NCBI GenBank assembly: GCA_964408855.1
Contig: CAYPBB010000010.1
Span: 9,362 to 73,361 of the forward strand
Source: an uncultured Ectothiorhodospiraceae bacterium
Lineage (GTDB): Bacteria; Bacteroidota; Ignavibacteria; SZUA-365; GCA-2699105
DNA: 64,000 nt
Direction of reading: 5' to 3'
How positions within the stretch are numbered: position 1 is the first letter of the stretch; the number at the start of each line of letters is the position of its first letter. Positions 52,301 through 62,400 of this stretch are shown here, in pieces. A program made the position numbers and the translations under genes. A model generated the notes under the pieces. That model did no database searches and was not told the origin of the DNA. It worked only from the letters and a program-made list of their open reading frames with translations.

Positions 52301-55300
52301 GTACGGGGAAGTCTCACTCAGATATCATATCCGAGTGGCAATACAATAGAGTACACATACGACGGGAACGGGAACCAGACATCAAAGAAGGAATATCTCG
52401 ACTCTACGACTACAAGGACCACAACCTACACATACAACGAAGCCAACCAGCTTGTGGAAACAACATATCCAAGCGGTGGAAAGGAGAAACGTACCTACGA
52501 CCGGAATGGCAATCTGATTGAACTGGTTACCATTGATGGCAAAACGACAGCATACGAATACAACGAGATGAACCGGGTTTCGAAAGAAACTGATTACAGG
52601 CAATTCTCCCAAGCGTATCAGTATGACAACAATCTGAACCTTCTTTCTGAGACTGATGATCTTGGAAGGCGGACAGCATACGCATACGACAAGGTCAACA
52701 GACAGGTAAGCACTACCGATCCCATCGGGAATACAGACTCCCTGGTGTACGACAAGCTCGATCGCGTTGTGCAAATGATCGATGCCAATGGAAATGCAAC
52801 AGTGTATGGCTATGATGCCGCTGGTCAACTGACTAGCGTCACGGATCCGCTTGGTAATTCCATGTCGTACCAGTATGATCTCAACGGTAATCTGTCACAG
52901 ATCACTTATGGAAATGGAAGAGTTGTAAGCGGCTTCATCTATGATAAGGACAACCGGTTACTCAACGAACCCGATCCGCCGACGTGGTACACGTACGATC
53001 CAAATGGCAACATTGCCTCGAAAGTCGATGCGAATGGTGATACAACTTCATACGAATACGATGGCGCCAATCAACTGCTCAGGAAGACCTTCAGCAGCGG
53101 AGGGAGCGTCCAGTATTCCTATAATGCAAATGGACTAGTGGAAAGCATAGAAGATGAGCAAGGACTTATCCGGATGCAGCACAATGCCGCAAATCAGTTG
53201 CTGGAACTTGCCACCCCGGATGGTATAATCCAGTACCAATATGCCGGTCCGAACAGGGTATCGATGAAGTATCCGAATGATGAGTTGCTCAAGTACTCCT
53301 ACGACCGCAACCGGCTTACAACCATTGAAGGGACCAGGGATGCAATAAGCTATACGTACTATGACAATGGACTCATTGAATCTTTGACCTATCCTGATAG
53401 TTCCGTTACTTATTATGCTTATGACGAAGCGAACCAGTTAGAGACGATCCTCAGTGAAACATCCGATGGTGAACTCATCACATCGGATGCTTACAAGTAC
53501 GATGAAGCAGGGAACAGAGTGATCAACATTCGCACGAGGCGCAGAAACCCCGGATTTGTCGGGGTACTTGTGGACAGCACGCTTCCCATGACGGCACTTC
53601 TAGCAAAGCATTTCTTCGATTCGCCAGTGGATACTATTCTCATCTGCTCCAATAGAGGATTCGCGCACAATGCTACTATAGCTGCCTATGCAAGTAAGCT
53701 CAATGCTCCGGTATTGTATGTGAATCCAAACACTCTGGTCGGCTCTCCCGAATTTACTACCGTCTTCTCGGACTTGACAGCAGGGTTCTCAGCTCCGCAT
53801 GCCATCGTATTTGGCGATGAAACTACCGTTTCCGATTACGTCGTTTCGCAATTGCACAGACTTGGTTGTACTACGGTGAGGATTTTTGGCAACAATCGTT
53901 TCGAAACCGCCAATCTCGTTGCCTCAAAGTTGCCAGTATATTCTGGTCAAAGAAAAGCATTCCTCACGGGATCATCGAATCCGGAAGACCTGGCCATATC
54001 TGCGTATGCTTCGGCGCTTCTGGGCATTCCTCAGTATATGACGTACAACGACGAGCTTGCACCTGAAACACTTGCTGCATTACAATCAGCGGGAATAGAT
54101 TCCATCATTGTTGTTGGCAACTCCATATCCGACGCTGTACTTCAGCAGTTGATAAGCAATGGAATTGTAGTAGTGCAACGATTTGATCAAGACAATATCC
54201 GCGAGCGTAGCGCAGCCATTCTGACAAACAGCGGGACCAACTTGGCTGAGAAGGGTCCCCTTTATCTTTGCGAGTCAAAGAACTTCAGGGAAGCGATTGC
54301 CATTTCAACTTACGTTGCGAACAGGAGCGGGTATGTCATCTGTGTGGATGATCCGGCCGACTATCTTGCAACAGTCTCGGACATGATCTCAATTGGCACT
54401 GAGGTTGATTCGATTTTCCTGCTGCAGACAAATCCGTTTGTCGACCAACAGGCGATTCAAATCCAACAGACGTTTTTCGGATACGAGGTTGATACTGTAC
54501 GCTACACCTACGATGATATGAACCAGCTTCTTGCCGAGAGCAGCAAGACATTTGGTGTGATGCAGTACACGTATGATGCCAACTACAATCGATCACGCCT
54601 TGTGGACAATGGTGTTGCTACCGATTACGCCTACGATACCTGGGACCGTCTTATCTCTGCCGGTACTACTGCGATGAATTACGACGGCAATGGAAACTTG
54701 ATAACCGAAACTGACGCTGACAAAACAAGTCAGTATGTATGGGATAGTCGTGGACGGCTCGCCGAGTACAACAATTCTCTTGGAGATACTGCACGATACA
54801 CCTACGATGCGCTAAACCATCGCATTCGTATTTCGAACATTCATTCCGAAGCATCTCCTGAGACAACCTCCTTGGTCTATGGTGACGATTGGGATGCTAT
54901 CCTCGAATTCGGTACGGCAGAAGACTCAATCAACTATCTGAGTGGTTTTGGTATCGATGATGTGTATCTGTCCCGCTCAGAGCAGGTATCGTTCCTCTAC
55001 AAAGATGCACTAGGGAGTATTGTTAGCGCAAGTAGCGACGAATCACAATCGTTCTCATCCTTGATGTACGATGGATTTGGGAATGCGAACCGGAATCTGA
55101 GTGTGTTTCCTTTGAGGTACTCGTACACAGGGCGGGAGTATGATTCACCTCTCAAGGGCTATTATTACCGAAATCGCACATACTCAGCTAGAAGAGGAAG
55201 ATTTCTATCGATGGATCCTATTGATCCACAAAAATGGTATTCTAGCAGTTTAAATAAGTACATTTATGTTAAAAACAATCCAGTGCGCTGCATCGATCCG

Positions 55301-55837
55301 AATGGGTATTATGGAATTGCGGTCAACTTCAATGCATCTATAGCATACTACGTTGGATTAGATTTTGACGTTACAATTGGATACGATGATAAGATTGGCT
55401 TATATAACAGCAATGACGTTGGGCTGCTCATCGGTATGGGATTGGATGGTAATGCATCTCTCGATATAGTTACAGAAGATAAAGTTCTGACTAGACATGG
55501 AGTAATTGTAAAGATACCAATTTCTGCCGATTTAGAGGTAGTTAAAGTCATTAGTGCAACACTCCTTGGCTTAGAGTATAGAGTTGGATCAGATGAAATC
55601 AGTATAAATCCCGATGTTGCATTTGCCAATGTCCATGGTGGTAGCAAAATTAATTTCTCTCTAAAAGAGTTGCAGTTGCCTGACGCTTATCCCAAGTTTG
55701 GCTTGCGCGGCGGGGTCGGGGCAGCACTAAAAATCGCCTCTATCTCGTATAGAAGTGAGAATACTATTGATATATCATGGATTACACCACATATATATAA
55801 TGCGAAAAGGATGTTAGACGAAATCATATTAAGATAA
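49376..55837 (+). CDS. Rhs/YD-repeat protein: signal peptide, Ig/FN3-like domains, DUF6531, YD repeats with inserted CWB2 trimer, Rhs core, about 176-aa C-terminal domain
   Basis: DPVDIITGN...LTRNYNSQ...LGAGWSFTF (DUF6531); YxYD repeats; GNNRFETA (CWB2); YSYTGREYD...YYYRNRTY...FLSMDP...NNPVRCIDPNG. Confidence 0.93.
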   Translation: MTCFSRISKNSQIRTSRSLLFAVLLVMSGILTLSFESNAQCVVFTSPTSGTIVSPGETITVTGNVISPSSYGHYVTIYFGTTNCEIGEMVSGSSCSSASSGGFSVNITIPNYVATNCIYRIYGSIGGNCDPKEPDHPCACNGNGASIELVITCDGAPPYQLQAPNLISPINFEDRVRNPAYHTWGDVQNAEFYEIQVDPSPNFDTIVLQDSLGKPYYVPIFRTTIDRTQTEFIDFAPDWENTTFYWRVRAGSCDCKVWGPWSETWSYTTAPCISLELPLNGTIFQSGEITLVEGRIVEPLLWGKEVSVWLNGPYYYPPDPQYPPSEIGHGCSSLNDGSFSLEITLLSDPGDGIARSLVDGGWTLTPYVLSNDDCIGDEYYCGGVSQGIFYIYNDLPLTRIQEQIGRNTSSIYVDDPVDIITGNFLYSANDIHIPDKLGINLTRNYNSQNIQNSELGAGWSFTFGASLQLVDDWRIIARGDGRRFVFKMDSLGTYIPMEFAGTEGTLDSATTVWTYTSKYGYKYDFDNTGLLQSLSDRNGNETRCFYKTHNMIDSLVIPGDRRITFSYLTSPDTLIESITDFIGRTHRYAYDTESNLISYINPRGDTTKYEYDTQHHLTKIIDPRGNVFIQNNYDPKGRVIEQYDAFGARTEFVYDTLGMSTYVVNYLGDTTTYVYDQHHRILSQTTALGYSESYAYDSTNNRASIDDMNDELFSYPEYSPFGDVAREENPVSQVRTFSYDSTTGDLLARGDDLGTLEERSYSTNGLLLQLTDANGSATNMTYDGYGYLESTSMVADGASRTTEYDYDIAGRMLSRKNPEGDVTDYQYDESDNVTSTLFANGASTQNEYDANDNLIKSIDRNGNETRFEYDVNNNLRFVYAPESKTTEYRYDSLNRVTSMIDAEGGVYAYQYDAMGRKTLSIDPIGRTTHMGYDGNGNMLFSTSPKGDTTQFIYNAINQLVEKVSPEGNTTSYSYDVRGSLTQISYPSGNTIEYTYDGNGNQTSKKEYLDSTTTRTTTYTYNEANQLVETTYPSGGKEKRTYDRNGNLIELVTIDGKTTAYEYNEMNRVSKETDYRQFSQAYQYDNNLNLLSETDDLGRRTAYAYDKVNRQVSTTDPIGNTDSLVYDKLDRVVQMIDANGNATVYGYDAAGQLTSVTDPLGNSMSYQYDLNGNLSQITYGNGRVVSGFIYDKDNRLLNEPDPPTWYTYDPNGNIASKVDANGDTTSYEYDGANQLLRKTFSSGGSVQYSYNANGLVESIEDEQGLIRMQHNAANQLLELATPDGIIQYQYAGPNRVSMKYPNDELLKYSYDRNRLTTIEGTRDAISYTYYDNGLIESLTYPDSSVTYYAYDEANQLETILSETSDGELITSDAYKYDEAGNRVINIRTRRRNPGFVGVLVDSTLPMTALLAKHFFDSPVDTILICSNRGFAHNATIAAYASKLNAPVLYVNPNTLVGSPEFTTVFSDLTAGFSAPHAIVFGDETTVSDYVVSQLHRLGCTTVRIFGNNRFETANLVASKLPVYSGQRKAFLTGSSNPEDLAISAYASALLGIPQYMTYNDELAPETLAALQSAGIDSIIVVGNSISDAVLQQLISNGIVVVQRFDQDNIRERSAAILTNSGTNLAEKGPLYLCESKNFREAIAISTYVANRSGYVICVDDPADYLATVSDMISIGTEVDSIFLLQTNPFVDQQAIQIQQTFFGYEVDTVRYTYDDMNQLLAESSKTFGVMQYTYDANYNRSRLVDNGVATDYAYDTWDRLISAGTTAMNYDGNGNLITETDADKTSQYVWDSRGRLAEYNNSLGDTARYTYDALNHRIRISNIHSEASPETTSLVYGDDWDAILEFGTAEDSINYLSGFGIDDVYLSRSEQVSFLYKDALGSIVSASSDESQSFSSLMYDGFGNANRNLSVFPLRYSYTGREYDSPLKGYYYRNRTYSARRGRFLSMDPIDPQKWYSSSLNKYIYVKNNPVRCIDPNGYYGIAVNFNASIAYYVGLDFDVTIGYDDKIGLYNSNDVGLLIGMGLDGNASLDIVTEDKVLTRHGVIVKIPISADLEVVKVISATLLGLEYRVGSDEISINPDVAFANVHGGSKINFSLKELQLPDAYPKFGLRGGVGAALKIASISYRSENTIDISWITPHIYNAKRMLDEIILR

Positions 55838-55904
55838 CTATATCTCAATGGATGTTATACGAATCTAGATTGTCAATAAGTGATAATGCATTGATACTGA
55901 GGTA

Positions 55905-58517
55905 ATGATGATATACGTAATTGTTGATTCACTTGCACTATTTTCATTTATTTGTTGTTTGTTTCAATCGGCATTTGCGCAATCTGTGAATCCTGTGGGT
56001 ACGTCACTAGAGGTTTATGAATCATCTAACTCTATAAGTGTTGGTATTGTTTCAATTTCGCAAATTAATTCACACTCTTTCCTGCATGAACTGCGCTCAG
56101 GTGGAAACGGCTCCCTCATCGCATCCATTCCCGATCAATTGAAAGGCATGCCAACGTCCATCGCCGTTTTCGACCATACTATCCTAATCGGCTACCAGGA
56201 CTCAAACGAAGTACTCTTTTACAACTGTGTAACCTCTGCACAAACTTCCATCAAGTCTCCGAACAAGCATCTATTCGGTACTACTATCTCCAATGTCGCG
56301 AGTAGCTCTGGTCATGATTATTTTTGTGTTGCAGCAGAAACGTCCGGACAGGTCTTTCTGTATGATGGGCTCCCTAGTGCATTTGACCTATACGAACAGG
56401 TTCTTGAAGGTCTTCCCAGTTCTGGCTATGGACGAAGCTTGAGAGTTATTGACAATCTCACGGGCAATAATAAACCGTACGTTATTGTAGGAGGCCCATA
56501 CACATCAGATTCACTTATGGAGTACGGGAAGATTTACCTGTACTCAGGCCAACCGTTTGTCTTGGTGGATTCGATTTCAGGACCATGTGAATACTCGCAT
56601 TTTGGATCATCTCTTTCATCGGGCGATGTAAACGGCGACAGCTATCACGATCTAGTAGTAAGCGCCCCTGGCTCGGGAAATCATCACGAAGGAGCTGTCT
56701 ACGTGTACTACGGAGGGCCTCATTTCGATACAACCCCGGACAAAGCCTACTACGGGACACAGGCAGACGAATTGTTCGGTAACTCCATTCTTGCAGTAGA
56801 TCGTCGAACTGCTATGATTGGTGGCCTCGCGATTGGCAGCTACAATGCATCGCACAATGGCCAGTCCCGCAACGGCGCCTTGCACTGGTACAACATCACA
56901 AATCCACCGAACAGCAAAGCGGATACGGTGATCTATGGCGAAGCATCAAGCGATCACATGGGCTGGGCTTCTGCATTCATGTCCAAGTCTGCCACCTCTG
57001 ATTCCTGCGCAATACTCTACTCGTCACCGTACAATAGCTCGGCCAACAGTATTGAAGGCAAGGTGCATGTACTGGACCTCTTCAAACCGCGAGTCAAAGG
57101 ATTCGTAATCAATACATACCCGGAAAACATTGGCCTTAAGATCAAGGTCGAAAACAAGGAGTATCGGGACGGAGTCACTCTCGAATCAATCGTCGGAACG
57201 CCCTATCTGTTGTATACACAGGAAGTGCAGTATTCAGACTCGACTAATCAGCAAGTTCGCTGGCGTTTCGACCGGTGGAGTGATGGTGGAGAAAGAATCC
57301 ACAACGTCACCGCCGAAGAAGGAACTGTGATTACGGCATACTTCAAGAAAGAGGTAATGATTACATCGAGCGTCCTTCCGAACTGCGGCTCAACAGGTGT
57401 GTACGGTACAATCGAAGGTAATGAGTGGCATCAGGTGGGAACCTCGGAAACGCTCACCGCTATTCCGAGTCCCGGCGCAATGTTTTCGGGTTGGGAAGGC
57501 GCGGTCTCTCAAACCTCAGAGACTTTGACGCACGACTTCACTGAACCAACCACAGTTATTGCACGCTTCAAACTTCAGAATCCTGAAATAGACGATGTAC
57601 TCAACACGAGCATCAGCAGCAACGACCTGTCGATGGATATTTACTGGCATGATAATGCAAAAGGATTGGCAGAAGTTTGGACACTTGAGCGTAAATCATC
57701 TGTTGGAAATACGTGGAGTGAAGTAGCAACGCTCATCACGGGAAACAGTCCATACAGGGATACACACCAGCTCATCGAAAAAAGTAGCTATGCCTACCGG
57801 TTAAGAGCGAATTCATGCGATCCGACCAGCAATTCAGGCTATGGCGATATAGACCTTACAACGGTATTGGGGATGGATTCTGTCGTCATAGTCGAACCGC
57901 AGCCTCCGCTTGTAATTCAATATGACGACAATCACAATCCACTCGGAAATTTCCTGGTGAAGTTTTCACTCACGAACAAAACCGTGGATGAGTTCGAAGA
58001 CTCTCTTACTACGGAATTCATGGTCATGTCTGGGAATGTAGCATTGGCACCAGGTGAGATAGCATCGAAGCCATACTATGGTATCTTCACGACACAGGAG
58101 AATTACATCGCTACTTGGGAATGTGTCCCTGCGTATCAACCGTCAGACGACCTGGCAGTTGTCGCAATCAGATACTACCGCACCCCAGAACGCGCCGACA
58201 CTGCCTACAGTGAACCAATCGAGATTACACATACGATTGTCGGAATAGAATCGCCTCCTTCGGTACAATCGTACCGACTCTTTCAGAACTATCCCAATCC
58301 GTTTAGCGGCAACACAACCATTCTCTTCTACGCCAGTTCAAGCGCGACTGTCTCTTTGGTCATCCATGACATACTTGGCCATCCCGTGTACAAACGTGGA
58401 ATAGAGCCTACCGTAGGCCTCAATAGAATTGACATCAGCGGACTCCCATCCGGATCATATCTCTACGTTCTCCAAACTAATGAAGGATCGTTGTCCGGGA
58501 TAATGATAGCAAGATAA
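55905..58517 (+). CDS. T9SS-secreted FG-GAP/integrin-alpha propeller protein with InlB-type repeat and FN3-like domains
   Basis: Signal peptide; GDVNGDSYHDLVVSAPG...GAVYVYYG; FDRWSDGG, FSGWEG; LFQNYPNPF...SGSYLY CTD. Confidence 0.85.
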   Translation: MMIYVIVDSLALFSFICCLFQSAFAQSVNPVGTSLEVYESSNSISVGIVSISQINSHSFLHELRSGGNGSLIASIPDQLKGMPTSIAVFDHTILIGYQDSNEVLFYNCVTSAQTSIKSPNKHLFGTTISNVASSSGHDYFCVAAETSGQVFLYDGLPSAFDLYEQVLEGLPSSGYGRSLRVIDNLTGNNKPYVIVGGPYTSDSLMEYGKIYLYSGQPFVLVDSISGPCEYSHFGSSLSSGDVNGDSYHDLVVSAPGSGNHHEGAVYVYYGGPHFDTTPDKAYYGTQADELFGNSILAVDRRTAMIGGLAIGSYNASHNGQSRNGALHWYNITNPPNSKADTVIYGEASSDHMGWASAFMSKSATSDSCAILYSSPYNSSANSIEGKVHVLDLFKPRVKGFVINTYPENIGLKIKVENKEYRDGVTLESIVGTPYLLYTQEVQYSDSTNQQVRWRFDRWSDGGERIHNVTAEEGTVITAYFKKEVMITSSVLPNCGSTGVYGTIEGNEWHQVGTSETLTAIPSPGAMFSGWEGAVSQTSETLTHDFTEPTTVIARFKLQNPEIDDVLNTSISSNDLSMDIYWHDNAKGLAEVWTLERKSSVGNTWSEVATLITGNSPYRDTHQLIEKSSYAYRLRANSCDPTSNSGYGDIDLTTVLGMDSVVIVEPQPPLVIQYDDNHNPLGNFLVKFSLTNKTVDEFEDSLTTEFMVMSGNVALAPGEIASKPYYGIFTTQENYIATWECVPAYQPSDDLAVVAIRYYRTPERADTAYSEPIEITHTIVGIESPPSVQSYRLFQNYPNPFSGNTTILFYASSSATVSLVIHDILGHPVYKRGIEPTVGLNRIDISGLPSGSYLYVLQTNEGSLSGIMIAR

Positions 58518-58539
58518 GAACCTAAATTCGGGGTCACGC

Positions 58540-58580
58540 GAAAGGCACACATCTGGTCAAATGCACTGGGTGTGCCTTTC
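58540..58580. terminator. Hairpin between convergent units
   Basis: GAAAGGCACAC ... GTGTGCCTTTC. Confidence 0.55.
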
Positions 58581-58743
58581 TGTAATTGAACTAGCAATCT
58601 CCTCGCTGAAAGAAGTTTCTACCCATCCCCCCCAGCGTGTTGACTAAGAGTTCCCTAACTCAAGACCTGATTACCTGGAAAGGGTACGGCCTATATTTAC
58701 CTACCCCCGGGTCTTCGATTCTGAGAATTTTCTGGGGGATTGT

Positions 58744-59451
58744 TCACCCTATCACCGTCCTTTCCAACCGGTCCTTCCAGCGCTCCCAGTCCGGCATGGC
58801 TGCCGACATCAGCCGGTAGAATTTCTTGTCGTGATTTGGATGAACTAGATGGCAAAGCTCATGTATGATGACGTAATCGATACACACGAGCGGGGCTTTT
58901 ATGAGTTCGGTGTTCAGCGTAATGGTGCCATGGCCGGTGCAGCTCCCCCAACGTGATGTCATCGTTCGCAAGATGATTTTGGGATATGCAGCGCCTCGTT
59001 TAGCGAACCAGGGGTAATACCCATCAACCTTCCGGTTGAACATTTCTGATGCATGCTTCCGGTACCAATCTCGCATCACTTTTTTAGCTGAGGAAGAATC
59101 CATTGGCTCCGGTAATTCTACCTCAAAGAACTTCCCCACTAGCCGTACTCGTCTCTTCTCGCCTAGTCTGATTTTCAATCGATATTGCCGCCCCAGGTAG
59201 TAGTGCGTTTCTCCGCTCACGTATTCACGTGGAGGTTGAAGAGGGTGGAATTGGTCGAAATAGTTGAGTTGCTTCACAATCCAGGGTGCTTTGCGAAGAA
59301 TTCTAGACTTTACTTCCTCCAGCGGCTTTCCACTTGGCACTATTGCTTCGACTCTCATATCCGGATGCACATTGATCGTCAAGGACCTACGATCACGTTC
59401 GTGAACGATTACAACAAACCGTGTACTTCCATATTCGAAGAATAACTTCAA
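58744..59451 (-). CDS. M48/YgjP (DUF45) family metallopeptidase associated with type I R-M
   Basis: YVSGETHYYLG, MTSRWGSC, YVIIHELCH..HPNH...FY; directly downstream of hsdR. Confidence 0.9.
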   Translation of the reverse strand: MKLFFEYGSTRFVVIVHERDRRSLTINVHPDMRVEAIVPSGKPLEEVKSRILRKAPWIVKQLNYFDQFHPLQPPREYVSGETHYYLGRQYRLKIRLGEKRRVRLVGKFFEVELPEPMDSSSAKKVMRDWYRKHASEMFNRKVDGYYPWFAKRGAAYPKIILRTMTSRWGSCTGHGTITLNTELIKAPLVCIDYVIIHELCHLVHPNHDKKFYRLMSAAMPDWERWKDRLERTVIG

Positions 59452-59457
59452 GGTCTA

Positions 59458-62400
59458 CTACCTTTCTTCCCTGCTCTGGGCAATAGCAAGACACCGATCC
59501 ATAATCTCATCGAACTGGTCCACATCCACAGACAACCCATCATCCAACGCTTCGAAGAGCAGATCATCCAGTTCATTTCGCATCTTGTTCTTTTGTGGTT
59601 CGTTGTAGTACCAGTTCACAATGCGTAGACGATTGATGACCTCATCTATTTTAAGACACAACTCTGCTGTTTTTTCAGCATCCGAATCGCCCGAGAAATT
59701 CTTGATGCTTCGAAAATATGCAGCCGCGACATCATTGTTTTGCAACCTGGCCGGCAGATCGTCTCCGCGTCTCGTACGAACTTGCTCCTCAAACTGTCTT
59801 ACCTTCGATAGATACTCGCTCTCACTGATACGCTTGTTACGAAAATCGTCGATCGTAGCCTGGATCAGTTCAGAGAAACGCTTATAGAATTCCGGATCCC
59901 TGTCCCAAAGCTCATTGATTGATTTCTTTGTCCTGTGAGCGATTGTGTCAGCTTTTGCTGCATCTGTTGAGAGCGCATCAACCTCAGCCTGGAATGCATC
60001 TTTCTCAAAGATGTTTACGGGTGCAATTATCGTTTCTACCTCTTCAGCACCAACGTACGTGTCAAGTAGTCTCTTGATTTTCGGTTCGTACTCTGCGAAG
60101 TCTACACTTTCGGCGAACCTGCGTCCCAGGCTGTGACGAATCTTGTTATAGCGTTTCAGATCTTGCTTGTACATCTCAATTGTAGCTGCAGGAGTAATCT
60201 CGTGGAACCTGACTGTCGATAGGGCCATTTCCATGACGTTCGCAAACTCTCGGAGGTTAGCATAGAACTTATCCCGTTCCGATCGTTCAGTCAGAAACTG
60301 CGCAATCTCCTCTGTGTCGTAGCGATTTCTTAGCGTTGTGAACTGACCGACCAGGACACTGTGTTTCTGCTTGACATCAGGCAACTGTTCTTTCACATCT
60401 GTCAGCAATCCTACCAGGTCTTTCGCGTCGAAATCTTCGAGCTTCTCGTAGAGCTTCAAAGCATTATCCAGCTCGCCAAGCACTCCGCGATAATCGATGA
60501 TGTAGCCATATTCCTTGGCTTCATACAGTCTGTTCACCCTGGCAATTGCCTGTAGGAGTGTATGCTCTTTCAGCATGCGAATGAGATAGAGAATAGTATT
60601 CCGAGGGGCGTCAAATCCTGTAAGAAGCTTATCGACGACAATGATTATCTCCGGATCGTCAGCGTTCTTGAAATTGGTGATAATCTGCGTATTGTACTTC
60701 TCCTCGCTTCCCCAACGGTACATCATCTTCTTCCAAAAGTCCAGCACGTCGTTCTTGTCGTCGTCACCTTCGATTTCACCTTCGCGATCATCGGGTCCGG
60801 AGATAAGAACCTCCGATGTCACCCGCTTAAAGGAATCAAGGTATTTCTTGTACTTCAATGCCGTAGCTTTGCTGGACGTTACCAGTTGAGCTTTGCGGTC
60901 CTTTCCTTTCCAGTTGTCAGCGAAATGCTCACTTATGTCCCAGGCAATTCTCATTATTCGCTGTTCAACGTTGTTGATCTGATCAGTGCTGGAGTACCGT
61001 TTCTTTAGGTCATTTGCTTCTTCCTTTGACAGCCTTTTTGTGACTTTCTCAAACCAATCGTCAATACTCTCCTTTTGTACGATTTGCTGAGAATGCCGAC
61101 CTTCGTAAAGTAACGGGACGACGGCTCCATCATCCACTGCTTGATTGATCGTATAGGTATCGATCAATCCACCAAACCGTTTTATGGTATCCTTTTCATT
61201 TCTTCTAACCGGCGTCCCTGTGAAGCCAATGAAACATGCCTTTCTCAACACGCGCTTCATTGCGCTGTGCAGTTTTCCATATTGAGTACGGTGCCCCTCG
61301 TCGACAAGCACGAAGACTTCTGTGCTGTCGATTGGCGCCTTCATCTTTACAAGCGCCGTCTCGAACTTATCAATGACTGTTGTAATGATACTGACATTAC
61401 GCCGTTCCAACATCTCGGCAAGATGTTTCCCGGATTTCGCTCTCTCCGGCTCCAGGTTGCAGTCAGAGAATGTATTGTAGATCTGCTCATCGAGATCAAC
61501 ACGGTCAGTAACGACGACGATTGTTTCGCCTTTAATCGCAGGTGACTGAAATATCCCTTGGACCAGCATCACCATACTTAACGACTTCCCACTTCCTTGC
61601 GTATGCCAGACCACTCCGCCTCTACGAGTCCCATCTTCATCAAATTCCAGTATCCTTTGCAGCATCTTTTCAACAACGAAATACTGCTGATACCGTGGTG
61701 TTTTTCGGACTCCCCTATCGAAGATGCTATATGACCGTATATTCTTGAGCAAGCGCTCACGGTTACAAAGCGCAAACAACAACCGGTCCTGCTCCGTTAC
61801 CATGCGATCGACATGATATTCGTTGGTTTCCTCGTTGACCACTCGTCCGCCCGGGATTGCGAGAGCACGGAGCTGTTCATTACTTAGACTCAGGTCGAAT
61901 ACCCTTTTTACGTCATCATCTGAATACTCGCGCTCCTTCCATACCGACCAGTACTCTCGTGATGTACGGACAGTCCCGTACTTTGCTGCACTCTCGGCCA
62001 CTGCAATCAGGAGTTGGGCGTAGTGAAACAGGCGTGGGATTTCATCCTCGTTCTGGTTCTTTATCATTTGATTGACAGCCTGGTCAACCGGGTCTGTTGT
62101 ACCTGGCGCCGCCCTGTCCTTACATTCGATGACCACTACGGGGATGCCGTTGATGAACAGCACAATGTCGGGTATTCGGTGCTTGTGCATACCAGACCGC
62201 TCTACCTTGAACTCCTCAACGACGTGGTAAACGTTACGATCCGAATTTTCCCAGTCGATGTAATGCAGTGTTTTGCTTTTAACGTCCTCACTTACTGTAA
62301 ACGATTTCCCATGTGTTAGTATCTCGTGGATTTTCTGATTCGTGGGGATAAAGCCACTTTCCTCCCTGCGCTTCAGGTCAAGCACAGCATCGCGGATAAC

